Assembly: GCF_009914755.1 (NCBI RefSeq)
Contig: NC_060925.1
DNA length: 64,000 nt
Direction: 5' to 3' (one strand)
Source of the DNA: the human T2T-CHM13v2.0 reference genome, Homo sapiens
Both the position numbers and the translations under genes were made by a program. The number at the start of each line of letters is the position of its first letter. The first letter of the stretch is position 1. The notes beneath the pieces were generated by a model that did no database searches, was not told the DNA's origin, and saw only the letters and a list, made by a program, of their open reading frames with translations. Below, piece after piece: positions 14,961 to 29,944 of this stretch.

Positions 14961-17352
14961 AGCAGTTAAAATCTGCTTGGCTCCTTGCCCCCGTATGGCT
15001 ATAACCTTCATGGCTGGAGAAAGTAACTGCTCTTCTCAACAATCTTCACTGGTTCTGCCTTTAGTGAAAAGAAGGGGAGACCTATTAATGTTTCAAAGAT
15101 AACATATACAATTGAGATAGTTACTGGTTCTGCCCAGTCCTGATGCCTCACTTGTTCTAGGAACTGAATCCTTGCCTTATTCTCCATACAAAGTTTCCCT
15201 CTTTGATCCCTGTGTTCATGAATTCCAACTTCACCCAGGATTGTGGCTCTGACTTGCTCCTCTGTGGTTCCTCCAGGCACTGGGGCATTGCCCAATCCAG
15301 TCCTAACTGCAGGACCATCAGTTATTGTTGTCTGCCTTCCTGCAACTGTTGACTGCCTGCTCTTGTCTTTCTTGATCCTGGCTTCAGTGTAGCCAAGCCA
15401 CCTTCCTAATGAACTTCTCTTGCCTTCACTATGTCCTGGAACTTTCCAGATCAGCACCCTGTCCTGAGACTCTCTGGTCTGAGGGCATGAGAGCTGAGGT
15501 CACTTTCATTGGAGAGGATGCACGTCATCCTACAAGTCTTTCCAGGGAAACCACAAATCAGGCTGGTTGCTGGTGCTGCTAAGACTGGCCATCATGTGTT
15601 ATGGAGGGATGACTGGTCCTCTCATCCTGGCAGGGATTTGAAGTATCCAATTTAGTTCTTTGTTTCCCAGCAATCTATCCCTGCCCTGAATTCCACAGTC
15701 CTAATCCTGGTACCTTGCTGCCACTGTATGTGTGTGGAAGGGCGATGGGGAGAGAGAAAAATGGATGACAGACAGAAAGAAACCATCTGACAAAGCTGAA
15801 GAACACTTGTTTCTCCAAAGCAGCTTGAATCTCCCTGCCTGGGCTGCCAAGTGAAGGATGTGATTAATGAAGAGATGTCAGAGAGATAATTCTTCTATCC
15901 AGGAAGAGTGGGAAGGATTTTTTTTTTAAAGAAGTATTAGAGTTTGAATGGAAGGAGAGCAAGAAAAAGGCGCTTGTTGTCGTGGTAAAGAGTGCCAGGA
16001 AGAAATGGTTGTGCCAGTGCTAACTGTCAACCAAAGGACTAGCCCCACCCCACCTGCCTCTTCCAGCACCTACCCCTTCCAGTTCTTCCAGTGGAGCTGC
16101 AAACTACCTCCCCTGTTATAAACAGCAGCACAGATGTTGACAGAAAAATGCTCCCTTAATTACCATACAAACTGCTTTACTTGAGTGAACCGTTTAAAGC
16201 AGCCTCCAAAGGAAGTTCACTCAAGCAATTCCGCAGATTACAGCTAATGAACAATATTTCCTCGCACCTATTTAGTGCTCATTAAAATGTAAAAGCCTTT
16301 CATTTTAAACAGACGCACAATAAATAATTCCTCTCTCCTTCTCTGTTTCTGAGCAGCTTGGATAAAAGCTGTGAGGAGAGGGAGCTGGAGGAGCGGGGCT
16401 GGACTGCCGGGGTTGGGTGGAGGCAGTAAGAGAGACAGCCAGGCAGAGAAAGGGGGATGGGGAAAGGGAGGCCCAAGAAATAGCTGGGGACTCATTAATA
16501 TCCCAAGAAGCCTCTGCTTGTCTGGTAGGAGGAATGTCCATGTTTGGAGTTCAACAGACAGATCCTGAGACCAGACGTATCCTACCCACTCATCCAGCAC
16601 AGCCAGCCAGCCATGAATGAGTACAGCAAACAAAAGCCACAGCGGGCAACACTGTACAGCAGAGAGGAGCCAGCTCATGATGGAGCTGGGGGTGGGTAGA
16701 GCCCCTCCAAAGTAATAAATTACTAGTGCTGTGTTTCTTTAGACTGTCCCTTATTTGTTTGTTTGTTTGTTTTGTCTTCATTTATTTTTAGGACTGAGGT
16801 TAGAAGATGAGTATCAGGTAAACCTTGAGAAGTTACTTGTTGCCAGTGGGAACAGAGGGAGTCTATAGATGTTTTCTGGTTCCTGCAGGGCCTTGTACTC
16901 CCACCTGTAGTAGTTTGATTGTATAACGCATGCAGCACGAAAGATGGAGGAATCTTTTGTGTGTTCAGTGAGTTGGACATGGCGGATGGTGGTAAAGATA
17001 GATTTTTAGAGGACTGTGACTGTTCTTTTTGAGATAAACAGCAAAAGAAAGTGGACCAGGGACTTGGTAAAATATATGCCTTGAGTGGATTTTAAAAACC
17101 TCTGCTTTTAATATTTTTCTCCTTAACAGAGGTATCACTTTTAGAGATTGGTGGGACCAAAATGATGAGCCCATTAGTGGTAATGCATAGATAGTGAGGA
17201 AAAGAAGCCCAAGAGGATCCCATCTCACCAAATTGGCAGTGACAAATGAAACTGACAGGACTAATGTATAATAAACTGTCTCAAACTTCAATCAAGTTGT
17301 GGGCCCTGTGTATAACATAAAATTGCCTTAATGATCAAGACTGACTAAGAAA

Positions 17353-17354
17353 TT

Positions 17355-17418
<64 letters not shown>

Positions 17419-17419
17419 T
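17353..17419. repeat. (TTTC)n tetranucleotide microsatellite, ~16 units
   Basis: Directly visible. Confidence 0.97.
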
Positions 17420-17555
17420 TTAAAAAAAAGCAATGGACAAGAAATCTTGATACTATTGAGGAACATTGTCTTTTAGCCAAAATAGGCGGTACTCCTTTTA
17501 ACTTTATTGAGTCTGCATGGAAATACAGTGAGTAGAAAAGATGTCTGAAATCCAC

Positions 17556-17902
17556 TGTGTTAGTCCGTTTTCATGCTGCTGATAAGGACATACCATAATT
17601 TATAAAGAAAAAGAGGCTTAATGGACTCACAGTTCCAGGTGGCTGGGGAGGCCTCACAATCATGGCGGAAGGCAAAAGGCAGGTCTTACATGGCGGCAGG
17701 AAAAAGAGAATGAGAGAGCCAAGCAAAAGGGGAAAACACTTATAAAACCATCAGATCTCGTGAGACTTATTGACTACCATGAGAAGAGTCTGGGGGAAAC
17801 CACCTGCCGTGATTCAATTATCTCCCACCAGATCCCTCCCACAACATGTGGGAACTACAATTCAAGATGAGATCTGGGTGAGGACCCAGACAAATCATAT
17901 CA
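17556..17902 (-). mobile_element. THE1 (THE1B-like) MaLR solo LTR
   Basis: TG...CA termini; ttagtccgttttcatgctgctgataa...ggaggcctcacaatcatggcggaaggc...attcaagatgagatctgggtg; 5-bp TSD tccac/cccac. Confidence 0.92.
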
Positions 17903-17924
17903 CCCACCATCTTCTGTTTTAGAC

Positions 17925-18110
17925 CTCATGTATTTATTACACAAGTATCGAGTGCCAGACATTTTGTCACGCATGGAGGATACAGAAATGAATAAGCGAT
18001 GTTCCTCTCATGTGCCCCAAGACATGTAAAAGTCACTACGCTACAGTGCAATAAATGCTGTTACAGTGATATGGACCAGAAGTGCTGTAGACGCTGAGAG
18101 AGGTGGGAGG
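17925..18110 (-). mobile_element. L2 fragment
   Basis: tatttatt...gtgccagacatt...gatacagaaatgaataag...caataaatgctg. Confidence 0.55.
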
Positions 18111-18992
18111 TCCAGGATACTATTAATACCTGAAAACTTCATAATCTGTACTGTAATTGGTAACATTGTTATAGCCTTATTCTAGAGCTCAGCAAATACT
18201 TGATTTGTGGTGTGGTTTCATTCGCAGAAGCTAAATGTCTGTTAGGGAGTGGCAGACAGGCATCTGGGAGGGGACACGCAAGTGTACATTTGAACCCGTT
18301 TCCATGAACATGAGGAAGGCATGGTAAAGAAGAATTAAGTCTGTACTTGGCTTTTAACTAAGGTCATTTGAAAATGGTCTTCAACACCCATCTCATTTGC
18401 TTTTTTATGCCTGACAATTTAGTGTTGTATTCAAAGTGATTAATTAGTTTGTAGTGAAGGTTTATTAGGTAATCTTCCTGTCAATCAAAAATCACTAGGG
18501 TTTCAGGGTAGAAGAAAGAGTACCCAGCTATTTCATAAGGACGGAGAATTTACATCATTATTGTATTCAAAAAAGGCACACTCTTAAAATGTTAGAGTAC
18601 ATAGTACACAGAGGAGTTAATGTGGATATTATTGAAGTTGACACGAGTGATTTTGTCCTCCTTAATATTTATGGGTTCTTTCTATTAAGAAAAATGCAAA
18701 GTGTAAATTAACCTTTCATATTTTTTCTGTGCTACTGATTTAAACATGGAGTATTTTTACTTTTCTTATTCAGACCTATAAAAATAAGATAAACATAACA
18801 TTAAAATACTTACTTAAAGCTATGTTATGCCTTAAACCAGGGTAAATCAAGGGGGTAATGACAATTCCAGAAATCAAAGATATTTCCCCAGTTAAGAGTA
18901 CATTCACATTGTGCTATTCTAGAAACTAACCCAGACCTGGAATCTGTATTTCCTAAATGACAGACCATTACTTGACATATTTTTTCCCTCAC

Positions 18993-19054
18993 ATGTATGT
19001 ATATGTATGTGTATATGTGTGTGTTTGTATGTGTGTGTGTGTTTGTGTGTGTGA
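18993..19054. repeat. Imperfect (TG/TA)n microsatellite
   Basis: Directly visible. Confidence 0.85.
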
Positions 19055-19830
19055 GTTATTTTACATTTAAATAAAAGTTTTATTACATCTATATTGCTTT
19101 CTTTGCAATCCTTAAAAGTTCATGTTATTTAAATAATTTGATGAAAATCTGTGGTAAATATTACTGCTTAATGTCTGTGTTTATACAAAAATAACTATGT
19201 AAATACAGTAAACTTGTACTGTAGGTAGTAAACAAAAGATGAAACTGTTCTTTGAGGGTTTTATTTAACATGCATTGCCAGCTGTTTCCTTCTATCTACT
19301 ACCCTAACAATTTTTAAATTAATGGATTTCTTTTTCCTAACATAGACATAAATGCCAAAAAAAACTCTAACACATAGTGAGAGCTCAATAAATAACTAAA
19401 TATTATTATTATTGTTTTAACTAGTTTTTACTGACACAAAAGCATCTTTAACCTAAAGGAATTTTTAAGATTGAATTACAAACTACAATGATTTATTTCT
19501 GATAACAGTGGTAGCATGAACATTTTTAAATGTTAATATGGCTTCTCAGGGTCATTTGTGCCTTTAACTTAAAATGTTGTTTTGCTTCTTTGAATTGGTG
19601 CACATTTTTGTGGATCTTATGGAATAGATTACCTGAAATATTGCACAAAATATTTCCTCAGAAGACATAACTCTTGGGCTGACCATGGGAAAAGAAAAAA
19701 AAATTGATAAATCAGAATTAACAACACAAAACAGCCCACTAAACACTACACAGCAATCCTAATTAGGGTAGATTTAGTCTCTTTATCTAGAGCCATAAAG
19801 TGAATATGATTAGAAGGGGTAAAAGACAAT

Positions 19831-19905
19831 TGTGTGTGTGTGCACATACACACACACACATACATATATATACATACACACACATACATATACACACACC
19901 TACAC
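19831..19905. repeat. Compound (TG)n-(CA/TA)n microsatellite
   Basis: A TG run switches to a CA run across tgca. Confidence 0.9.
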
Positions 19906-22149
19906 ATTTGTGTAACTGATGCAAATCGATAGCCCATAGCCAGAATTTTGTTTTTAAATATTCCAGGTAAGGACCAACAAACGGTGAATGGCATCATATC
20001 AGGAACTCTGGGATACAGCTTCAATTATGTTTAAATTCACACAAATGCCTACCTACATTTTAAAAAGAAAATATATTGCATTGATTTACAAAGGCCCATA
20101 TAAATATAGATACGGTTTGTCCAGGGAACTGTAAATTTAGTCTCAGGTGGGCTTCACATTCAGCCTGAAATGAATCTGCAGAGAGAGGGAGAGTCTGAGT
20201 GTTACAAATTCAGTGGCTCTAGGGGAAATTTGTTAGAGATCATTCTGAAAGTCAGTGCTGCCTGAAAAATAAAAGAGAGAGAGAGAAAAAAACCCACCCC
20301 ACACTGTGTTCAAATGATTTTCTCCCCTCTAACAACAGCATTTTAATTTAATATTTCTTATATTTGCCCTTCCTTCTGCCTTGTGGATTTTCAAAAAAGC
20401 GGTTTGGAGCCATTTAGAGTTATGATTTTATGTATGTGACATGAAATGGTAATACAGGCTGTCTTGGTGTATTGAACGAAGAAAGAGAAACAAAAATTGA
20501 GCAGGCTGTCTTACTTGTCTCATTTGCCAGGCCCCATCATAAAAAGTAAATGAGTTGTTTCGTTGTGATCCTTCAGAAAGATGTAATAACAGCGTTTGGT
20601 CCATAGGCACGAGGGGACGAGGCTACTCCGCACCCCCCGCGCTAGATGGATGATACTGATGGCGAGTGAACACGCACATCCTGCCTGAATATGAACAACA
20701 GATTTGTCAGTGTGTGACAGGCTGACAGCCCAGCTCCCAGCTGCTTGTCCACTGTTGTTATATCAGTACCTTGTCTAAGGATTCAGCAAAGAGGCAATCT
20801 GCTTCCTCCATTCATGGGAGGCAGGTTGCCAGTTAAAAAACAAGTATTGGCTTCAGGCAGCAGTGCCAGAATGCATTGAAAAGATGCAATTTAAACCCTT
20901 GCGTGCTCCTCAGGCAACATATCACAGGCCTTAGAAGTCCAGTCCTCCAGATTAGGTTTGTAAAACAAAGAAGATAACTCAAAATGAGATCTATGCTGGC
21001 AAAACATCATAATTTAGCTTCCATAAGTGTCTCAGCGAAACTTGGTTATGAAAGAAAAAACATGCTTGACTTTGGCACTGGGAATGTGGCTGAAGTGAAA
21101 GTTTGCTCAGTGTTTCTGCTATTACAATGTTATTTTTAAGGGCAGTTAAAACTGTGTCAGTGAAAATGTACCATGGCTCAGAGAGCTTTCAGAGTTAATG
21201 ATGAGGATTAAAAGTTCTCATTTTTTACTAGTTGGGCCGTGTTGATGTGGTTGACAACCATTAATAAAATATTTTACAATGTAAAAATTGTGGAAATAGA
21301 TTTATCAGACTTTATTTGAATCATTATGAAGACCTTATTAAGTATCCAAAAATTTTTACTGTACCTAGTTCTAAAATCTACAGAAGTTAATTAGAAAATG
21401 GGAGATAATTAAAGTAGCTAATGAGTTATACATGATATTTTAAAATGTTAAAGAGAATGGATTCAATACATTAAAGGAAAATAAAGTAGAAGAATCAATG
21501 AATTTCAGAAGAAATTGCCAGTTTGCTTTGGACACCATGGATGTATTGTTCAGAAGTTAGAGCATCACCTACTACTTTCAGCAGCCTGTTTGAATACAGG
21601 CATGTGGCATCTCTGACAGGCTGAGTGAAATAAGAGAAAACCCAAAAGGATTTATACCATGGTCTTTAATGGCTCCTTCAAAACAGTTATGTCCTGTCAA
21701 ACCATTAATAAGCCGTATTTAAGAGTCCCTAAGTACACATTTGCACAACAGTCCCCAAGGACTCAGGCGAAGCCATTATAGTTTGTTGGATCAATAATTA
21801 TCATCATTTCATTCAAGTCCACTGCAAAATGAAGAACTGGCTATGGGGTCTTCTAGCATCCTTGCCTCAGGTCACAGTGTGATGTTATAGGTCTTGGGAA
21901 GATTGCAGTGACTTTGTCCTCTAGCATCCCTGGAGACTCGGGCCCCACACGCTAACTGTACCCACAGTCCTTCTTTTGCCATGCGTAGGACTCAGGAGAT
22001 ACCTACATTCTTGTAAGTTTGAGGCATTCAACAAATCCAGTCTTTAGCTAAGAAAATTTATTTATTGATGTTTTTCTTAAAAAATAACCTGAAAAATAAC
22101 AAAATGATTTTAGAAAGCATGTCTAGCAATTTGGATAGAAGTGCTGTAC

Positions 22150-22600
22150 ATATTTTTTTCTGCTAAAACATAATAGCCCAAATATCTATTCATGGATGGC
22201 TAGTTGGATAAGTTATTAATCCTTTATACAATGGAATACTCTGAGGGTGTCACTAAAAATGGTATTGTATGAGACAAGAAAGTGTTCCTTATACTCATAA
22301 GGGAAAAAAGTAGCTTAAAAAACTGTATGTTAATGTTTGGTGATTTTGTAAAATTACATACAATTAATTACATACCATATAGATAGATGGATATGTAAAA
22401 AAAAGAGAGTGAGAGATGGATAAAGAAGGATGTATACTATACTGTAAAAAAATGAATGTACAAAGTACTATCCTGAAAATTTTTGTGTTCTTCTTTGTGC
22501 TTTTCTGTATTTCTGATATTTTTCTCCATGACAGTGTGGTGCTTTTTTTAGTTAGGGAAAATATGCCATTAAAATTAAAAGCTGGCAACAATAGAGATGT
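22150..22600 (+). mobile_element. Old L1M (L1ME-like) 3' fragment
   Basis: cccaaatatctattcatggatggctagttggataagtta...tacaatggaatact. Confidence 0.5.
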
Positions 22601-22949
22601 ACATTTAAATGATAGAACTTTCCTACTTAGTTAATTGCTACTCCTTTATTTTCTGTTAGGTATTTGTGATAGGCATAATGTGATATATTAATATAATGTA
22701 AAATATCACAAATGGAAAGCCTGAAATTGCCTTTTATTTTTGTTATTTGTTGTATAATATGTAAATATTTTAATAAAGACTCTCTCTTTACAAAAATTAA
22801 CGTCTTGGATGAGAAGATGAACAAATAATAGTATCCCATCCCCACTCTGGTTATACCCATTAGAGATAATGGAGGTCAACAGCCTCCTTTCACATCTGTC
22901 CCCATGTTTGTACAAATATCTATATCTATATATAGATATAGAGTCTTTC

Positions 22950-23430
22950 TTCGTAAGATCAAAGTTAGCTTCTAGTGTGAATGTTATTCTGTACAAGTGC
23001 TTCATTCACTCAACATATGCACAGCTTTCTAAACCCAAGCATATATATCCACTTACTACTTTTAAGAGATTTTTCATTTTAATTGGCCTATCTGATAATT
23101 TATTCAACTAATAGACATTCAAGTTGCTCCCAGTTTATGCTTTTACAATGTTGCAATATATCTTTGCACTTATATTAATATGTATCATGGCTTTTACATC
23201 CCTGATGTGAAAATTGCTGAGTCAATGGGTATGCCCACTTTAAAATTTAGAAGATATTGTCATATTCCCTTCCCCAAAAGCTGTTTACCTTCAATGTTTG
23301 AGAAAGCCTGTTTCCCCATGTACTTGCCAGCACTGAGCTTTATGATACTAATTTTTTCATTTCTATCAATCTGATAGATGAATAATGGTAGCTCCCTGTT
23401 TTGATTTGCATTTTCATAACTACCAGTACT
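22950..23430 (-). mobile_element. Old L1M (L1ME-like) fragment
   Basis: gtgaaaattgctgagtcaatgggtatg...tgtttccccatgtacttgccagcactg...ttttgatttgcatttt. Confidence 0.65.
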
Positions 23431-25523
23431 ACTATCTTGATCTTAGAACTAGGTTAATCTAAGGAGATTCTCTGGCATCCTCTGTTTTTTGTCAACAGTT
23501 TTATTTATTTTTTATCCCATGTTGGTAGTCAGGACAGATCTAAATTAGGCTGCAAAAAGGTGACGAGTTTTCCTGAAGACCTTAACATGACAGAGTTGGC
23601 ACTTAAAATTAGATCACCTGGTTGTGAAGACTGTGCTTATTCTACTGCATGTTAGGACCACTGAGAGAAAATACTTCCAAAAAGGCTTTTGTCCATTCTT
23701 TTTGATTCCCTTCCTTCAGATCTCTCCCTCAATAACAAATTCTCCTTTTCCAGTTTCTCAGTACATTCACACCTCTTGCTTTTTGGAGAGTATTATAATA
23801 TTATATGTTGATCTTCCTCTTACACTCCACCATGCCTACCCATTCTTTGTGTTAACCATCCTGAATCCTCCTTCTGCTCTGCGTGAGCTACTTCTCTGAC
23901 AAACTACTAGGTTGCAAAGCATTAGTGACCAACTAAGAGCTACTGCCCTGTTCCCTGTGGCAAGTGTTTGTATCTATACAGTGATATTACATCTATATTG
24001 TCTTTATTCAAGATATTTCAGCTCTGAGAAAAATAAATTCCCTGACTCATAAGTGAGAGAGATGGTTGGATCAGCAATGCTATCCATTAAAGAAATGGAT
24101 TCTGGAAGAAGACCCTCTTTCTCCTTTTGCCTCTGACAATACATGTAGGCTGCTATGTTAAGACTGAGCAGAAATAAAGCCTATTTACTTTGCAGCCTGC
24201 TTGCCAACAGTAGCTACAAGGAATTGATCATGGTTGTTCTCTTTGAAATCATTGTAAATTTATAGATTAAAATTCACAAATTATATACACAGTAAAATAT
24301 ATAGCATACATATAGTTTTATTTAGTGAAATAAGATATATAATATACCAATATACAATGGACACTCTTATAACTGACTTTCCACATTAATGAAACCTCTA
24401 CATTTTCTCTGTAAAACACATCAACTGATGTTCATAATCAGCTGAATCGTTGACTATATTCCACTTTCTTTTAATAACTGTTTTTAGCATTGCCATTTAG
24501 GATTGTGTTTAAACTCTATTTGAATTCATTTATATTTCTTTCCAGTATGACTCCTTACGGGTAATGAGTTCTATAACTTTATAGCCTGATACACAATGTT
24601 GTACTTCTATGTATTTACATGTTAGAATGGATGACCTATCTTCATAATGTTAATTTCCATTATGTAATTCTTTCGACGAGAGTATTGTCTTACATGTCTG
24701 CTTCTATGTGTTTTCTGAGCTATCACAGGTATATAAAAATCCCTTCATAACTATTATAAATTTTCTAGAAGACACTCACTACCTAGAAAATGTTCTCAGG
24801 TTTATGGGAGTAAGTTTCTTTAATCATGAATGTAAAATATCAGCTGAAAGAAATGAACCCACAATTTAGCTTCACTTTATTTGTTAATGTTGGAAAATTA
24901 TCAGACCAGGCAACACCTAATTTAATGTATATAACCATATCACCATGCCATTTGCTCTGGACATTTGATTTATGTAAGAGGTGTCATAAATAAATTTATC
25001 TAAGGCTAAGAATTGGTAGAATGATAGGCCACTTTAGATGGTATGGTTTGCCAACAGCTTTTAAGAAGGGCCCTTGAGACCTAAAGAATGAGGAAGAGGC
25101 AGCTGTGTGACAGGAGTGGAGGTGGAGCTATCTCTGATTTGTATTCATCTCAGCTGCATTCAGATTCTCACAAGGTAGGAACAATATCCCAAAGTTATTT
25201 TGTGTATGTTAAAAATAATTAATCCAGTCTTCTACAGGCCGATCTCATCTCCATGGCCCATGTTTTATTATGTTATTTTTACCAGTGATATATTCATTGA
25301 GTATTTCTTAATTTATCAATTTAGGTAGACTCTACTAACTAGCTATGAGGAAATTAGCATTCTTCTACTCCCTCAGTTTTGTTTCTTATATTACTATTTT
25401 TATTGTCAAGGTTTATAATGTTTGTTTTTCTTTGGTAATTCTATTAGACCTTTCAAATATTGTCTACAGGTTGATTAAAAATTGAAAGTAAGAAACAGAA
25501 TCTAAAATATTACAGTTATGTAA

Positions 25524-25834
25524 TTTTTTTTTTTTTTTTTTTTTTGAGATGGAGTGTCGCTCTGTCGCCCAGGCTGGAGTGCAGTGGCGCAATCTCGGCT
25601 CATTGCAAAAGCTCCGCCTCCCGGGTTCACGCCATTCTCCTGCCTCAGCCTCCCCAGTAGCTGGGACTACAGGCACCCGCCACCACGCCCGGCTCATTTT
25701 TTGCAGTTTTAGTAGAGACAGGGTTTCACCGTGTTAGCCAGGATGGTCTCGATCTCCTGACCTCGTGATCCGCCCGCCGCCCGCCTCGGCCTCCCAAGGT
25801 GGGGGATTACAGGCGTGAGCCACTGCGCCCGGCC
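25524..25834 (-). mobile_element. AluY
   Basis: AluY diagnostics (gctccgcctcccgggttcacgccattctcc, ccgtgttagccaggatggtctcgatctcctgacctcgtgatcc); CpGs largely retained. Confidence 0.95.
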
Positions 25835-26156
<322 letters not shown>

Positions 26157-26851
26157 TAGAACAAAGTAGCGTAGATGGAGCCATTTAGAAGAGACGGAAT
26201 CATGCAATCCTACATCACTTAAACTTTCCTAAGGCAAACCTTTCAGTGTGGAAGATTCTGTTTTAATTTTTCTGACTCGATCTTTTCTTTCTCTATTTTC
26301 ATATCCCAGGATATGTCCTTTCATAGATTCTTTTTATTCCACTGGACCACTTACTCAAGTAATTTGTTTTCCTGTAGGGTTCAAAAGGGGTTTATTCATA
26401 TCAAGTTTAAAAGCAGAATGCTTTCTGAGCTTTGGCACGTATAAAATTTCTCTATTTTGCTCGTACTTATCATTGATAGTTTTACTGTCTAGCAGAACTC
26501 TAGGTTCAAAATCTTTTCTCCAATCACTTTGAAAACACTGCTCCAATGGTTCCTAGAACCCATTAACTGTTATGAAAAGTCTGATGCCCATTTGATTTAT
26601 ATTCCTGTGTAGATAATATGTTCCACAAATACACCTCCCTTACCTCTTCAAAAATATATCAGTTTTCTCTGTATTTGTCCTGTTTGGCACTCAGTGATTC
26701 ATTTCCATGTGAATATTTACATTGTTTTATGGATTTTTAAATTTATTTTGCCCAGGTAAATTTTCCTTTTTTTATTTCTTGGATTTTCTTTTCCTTCCAT
26801 TGCCCAAATTCCCTTCTACTGGAACTCTTCGTAAATTAATGTTAAATATGA

Positions 26852-27271
<420 letters not shown>

Positions 27272-27722
27272 TGGCAGTTGTATTTCTAACTTCCAAGAAT
27301 ATTTTTTGCTCTTTGATTTGTCCTGTTCATGGCAAGTTCTTCATGTAATAGTTATAGCAGCAATAGTCTCTCAAATGTCTCTGAAGATATTAATTAAAAT
27401 ATTTAAACCTCTTTTCTGTTCCCTGAATTATGGCTGTGCCTACTGGGGTCCGTTGCACTGTTTGTGTTTTAGTTAACAAATACTCATATAGTTCTTACTA
27501 TGTGCCAGGCTCTGTTCCAACCAGTTGTTCTTCTCTGGTCCCACTTCACCTCCATCATCTCATGCCACTACTCTCAAAAACCCTGCATTCCACTTCTACC
27601 AAACCGTTTGTCCTTTCTAAAATTACATCATGTCCTCCCAGCTCTGTGCTATTGTCTGAGTGCTTACCTTTTCCATGAATATTTACCCTCTTCTCTATTT
27701 GCCAAATTCTGATTCGTTCTTT

Positions 27723-28023
<301 letters not shown>

Positions 28024-28523
28024 TAAGATCCAGCAAAAACATTGTCTTCCGTGAGGACAGAATGGGTCATTTCCTCCTTTATACTTCTTTAATGCTTTGT
28101 ACAGACCCATCTTATAGTTTGGGTCAAATGTTATTACAATTATTTGTTTATGGACTTAAACAAATAATTGCATTCTTCTATCTTTATTCAAGATTCTTTA
28201 AAGCAAGGAATTTAACTTAGTTTTATATTTCTGCCTTTCCCACTTAGCTTCTGATATTATGGCTGGGACATGGTGGGGTCAAAAATAGATGAAAAAATGT
28301 CTCATTGGCCTCAAATAAAATAACAGATACCATACAAAGGTGACAAATATCAATGAATGTGACATTTTGAATTGATTGCTGGCTGCGACATTGTCTAAGA
28401 CAAAATAATTATTTTTTGCTTACACAACATTTTCTTTGTAATGTCACTTTTATTTAGGATTATTCTATGTGCTATAACCTAAATGTGAAAAAGCCCCAGT
28501 CAACTGTTAGAAATTAACCCTGC

Positions 28524-28705
28524 AATTAGCCAGGTGTGGTGGTGGGCACCTGTAATCCCAGCTACTCGGGAGGCTGAGGCAGGAAAATCACTTGAACCCG
28601 GGGGTCAGAGGTTGCAATGAGCTGAGATCGCACCACTTCACTCCAGCCTGGGCAAAAGAGCGAGAATCTGTCTCAATAAATAAATAAATAATAATAAAAT
28701 AAAAA
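28524..28705 (+). mobile_element. 5'-truncated Alu (right arm only)
   Basis: Starts at aattagccagg; (TAAA)n tail; 18-bp TSD agaaattaa(c/t)cctgcaat. Confidence 0.93.
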
Positions 28706-29944
28706 GAAATTAATCCTGCAATATACATATGAAGAATACAGTTGGAGTTGTCACACAGTATGTATAATGGAAGTATTTTCACTTAGAGACAGGTATAACA
28801 AGCCTGAAAGTTTATTTTAAAATAACAGCTTTACTCTTGCTTGCTTGTATGTTCATGATCCAATGGTCAAGAAGAAATAAATATTTTCTGAAATAAAGAG
28901 CAATTGATAAATTATAAAATACTTCGTAAGTATAAAATAGAAATAGAAATAATGTGAAAAGGAAGAAAAGTATTTTAATTGTATAGTATTAGCCAGGATT
29001 TTAGGAAAAGAGTGTAAGTATCATTCTTTAATGTTACGTTGGTACACATGTGTGTATTTTACTTTAACCAAGAAAAATAGGCGTTAGAAACTGTTTTTAA
29101 CACCCTAGGTTTTAAGAAGAGATTTTCTAAGCTGATATGAATCCTATTTAAGTATATTTAAGATCTCTCATTTAGAGTTAAGTGGAAGAAGAAAAGGCAA
29201 AACTGTCTTTGCAGATGTTGAGAAGAAATTCATTGCAGGCAATCATCATCTAATACCCAGTACTGACTTTTTGAACAAGTGCTTTCTCTAAATGATAAAT
29301 CAAATGTGTTGGCACTAATGATAATCTCTTAGAATATGAATGAGAAAAGCAAGAATATTAAAACAATAGAAACATTATCATAAAATATCAGCCACTATAG
29401 CAAAGAACAGCAAAGGAAATTGGGAAACTATTTTGAATTTTTTATGGCTCATGTTAACGCTGTCTACAGCAGGGACTATTGCATAAAAAAGCTAAAATAC
29501 GAATTAAGCTGTAAATATTTACCCATTGGCATTGCAGAAACTAACATTTGAAATGAAAGGATGGAAAATTTTGTGATAGACACCGAAAAAAAAACAATTT
29601 TCTTAAATACTACAATGTCTCATGCCCTAGGCAAATGAGACTACTTTCTAGATTTTGAACAAGCCATATACACATTTTTCCACCTCGGTTTACATTCCTT
29701 TGCCTCCACTGGCCGAGCTTACCTCCATCTCTGTCTATAGAAGGCTTAATTTTCTTTAAGGCTCAGCAGGAAAATTACCTCTGTGGGCAGAAGTCATTAA
29801 TTTTTGAACACTTAATTCATTATATAAACTTTTGGGGTACTTGTCATAAACAGTTTTGTACAGAGTTCCATAGCATTTTAATTTTCAAAATGCTTTACAT
29901 AATATTACTTTGTTGGATATTTTATGTGCGGGGAGGGGGATGGG

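Noticed and set aside
15008-15457. 149-aa minus-strand ORF
   Set aside because: No recognisable family motif and no splice or promoter support.
17353-17419. KERK-repeat peptide or array-like repeat
   Set aside because: A simple (TTTC)n microsatellite with no spacers; not CRISPR-like and not coding.
25770-25785. 7-bp duplication suggesting AluYb8
   Set aside because: The Yb8 duplication lies near the 3' end of the right arm; this one is in the left arm.
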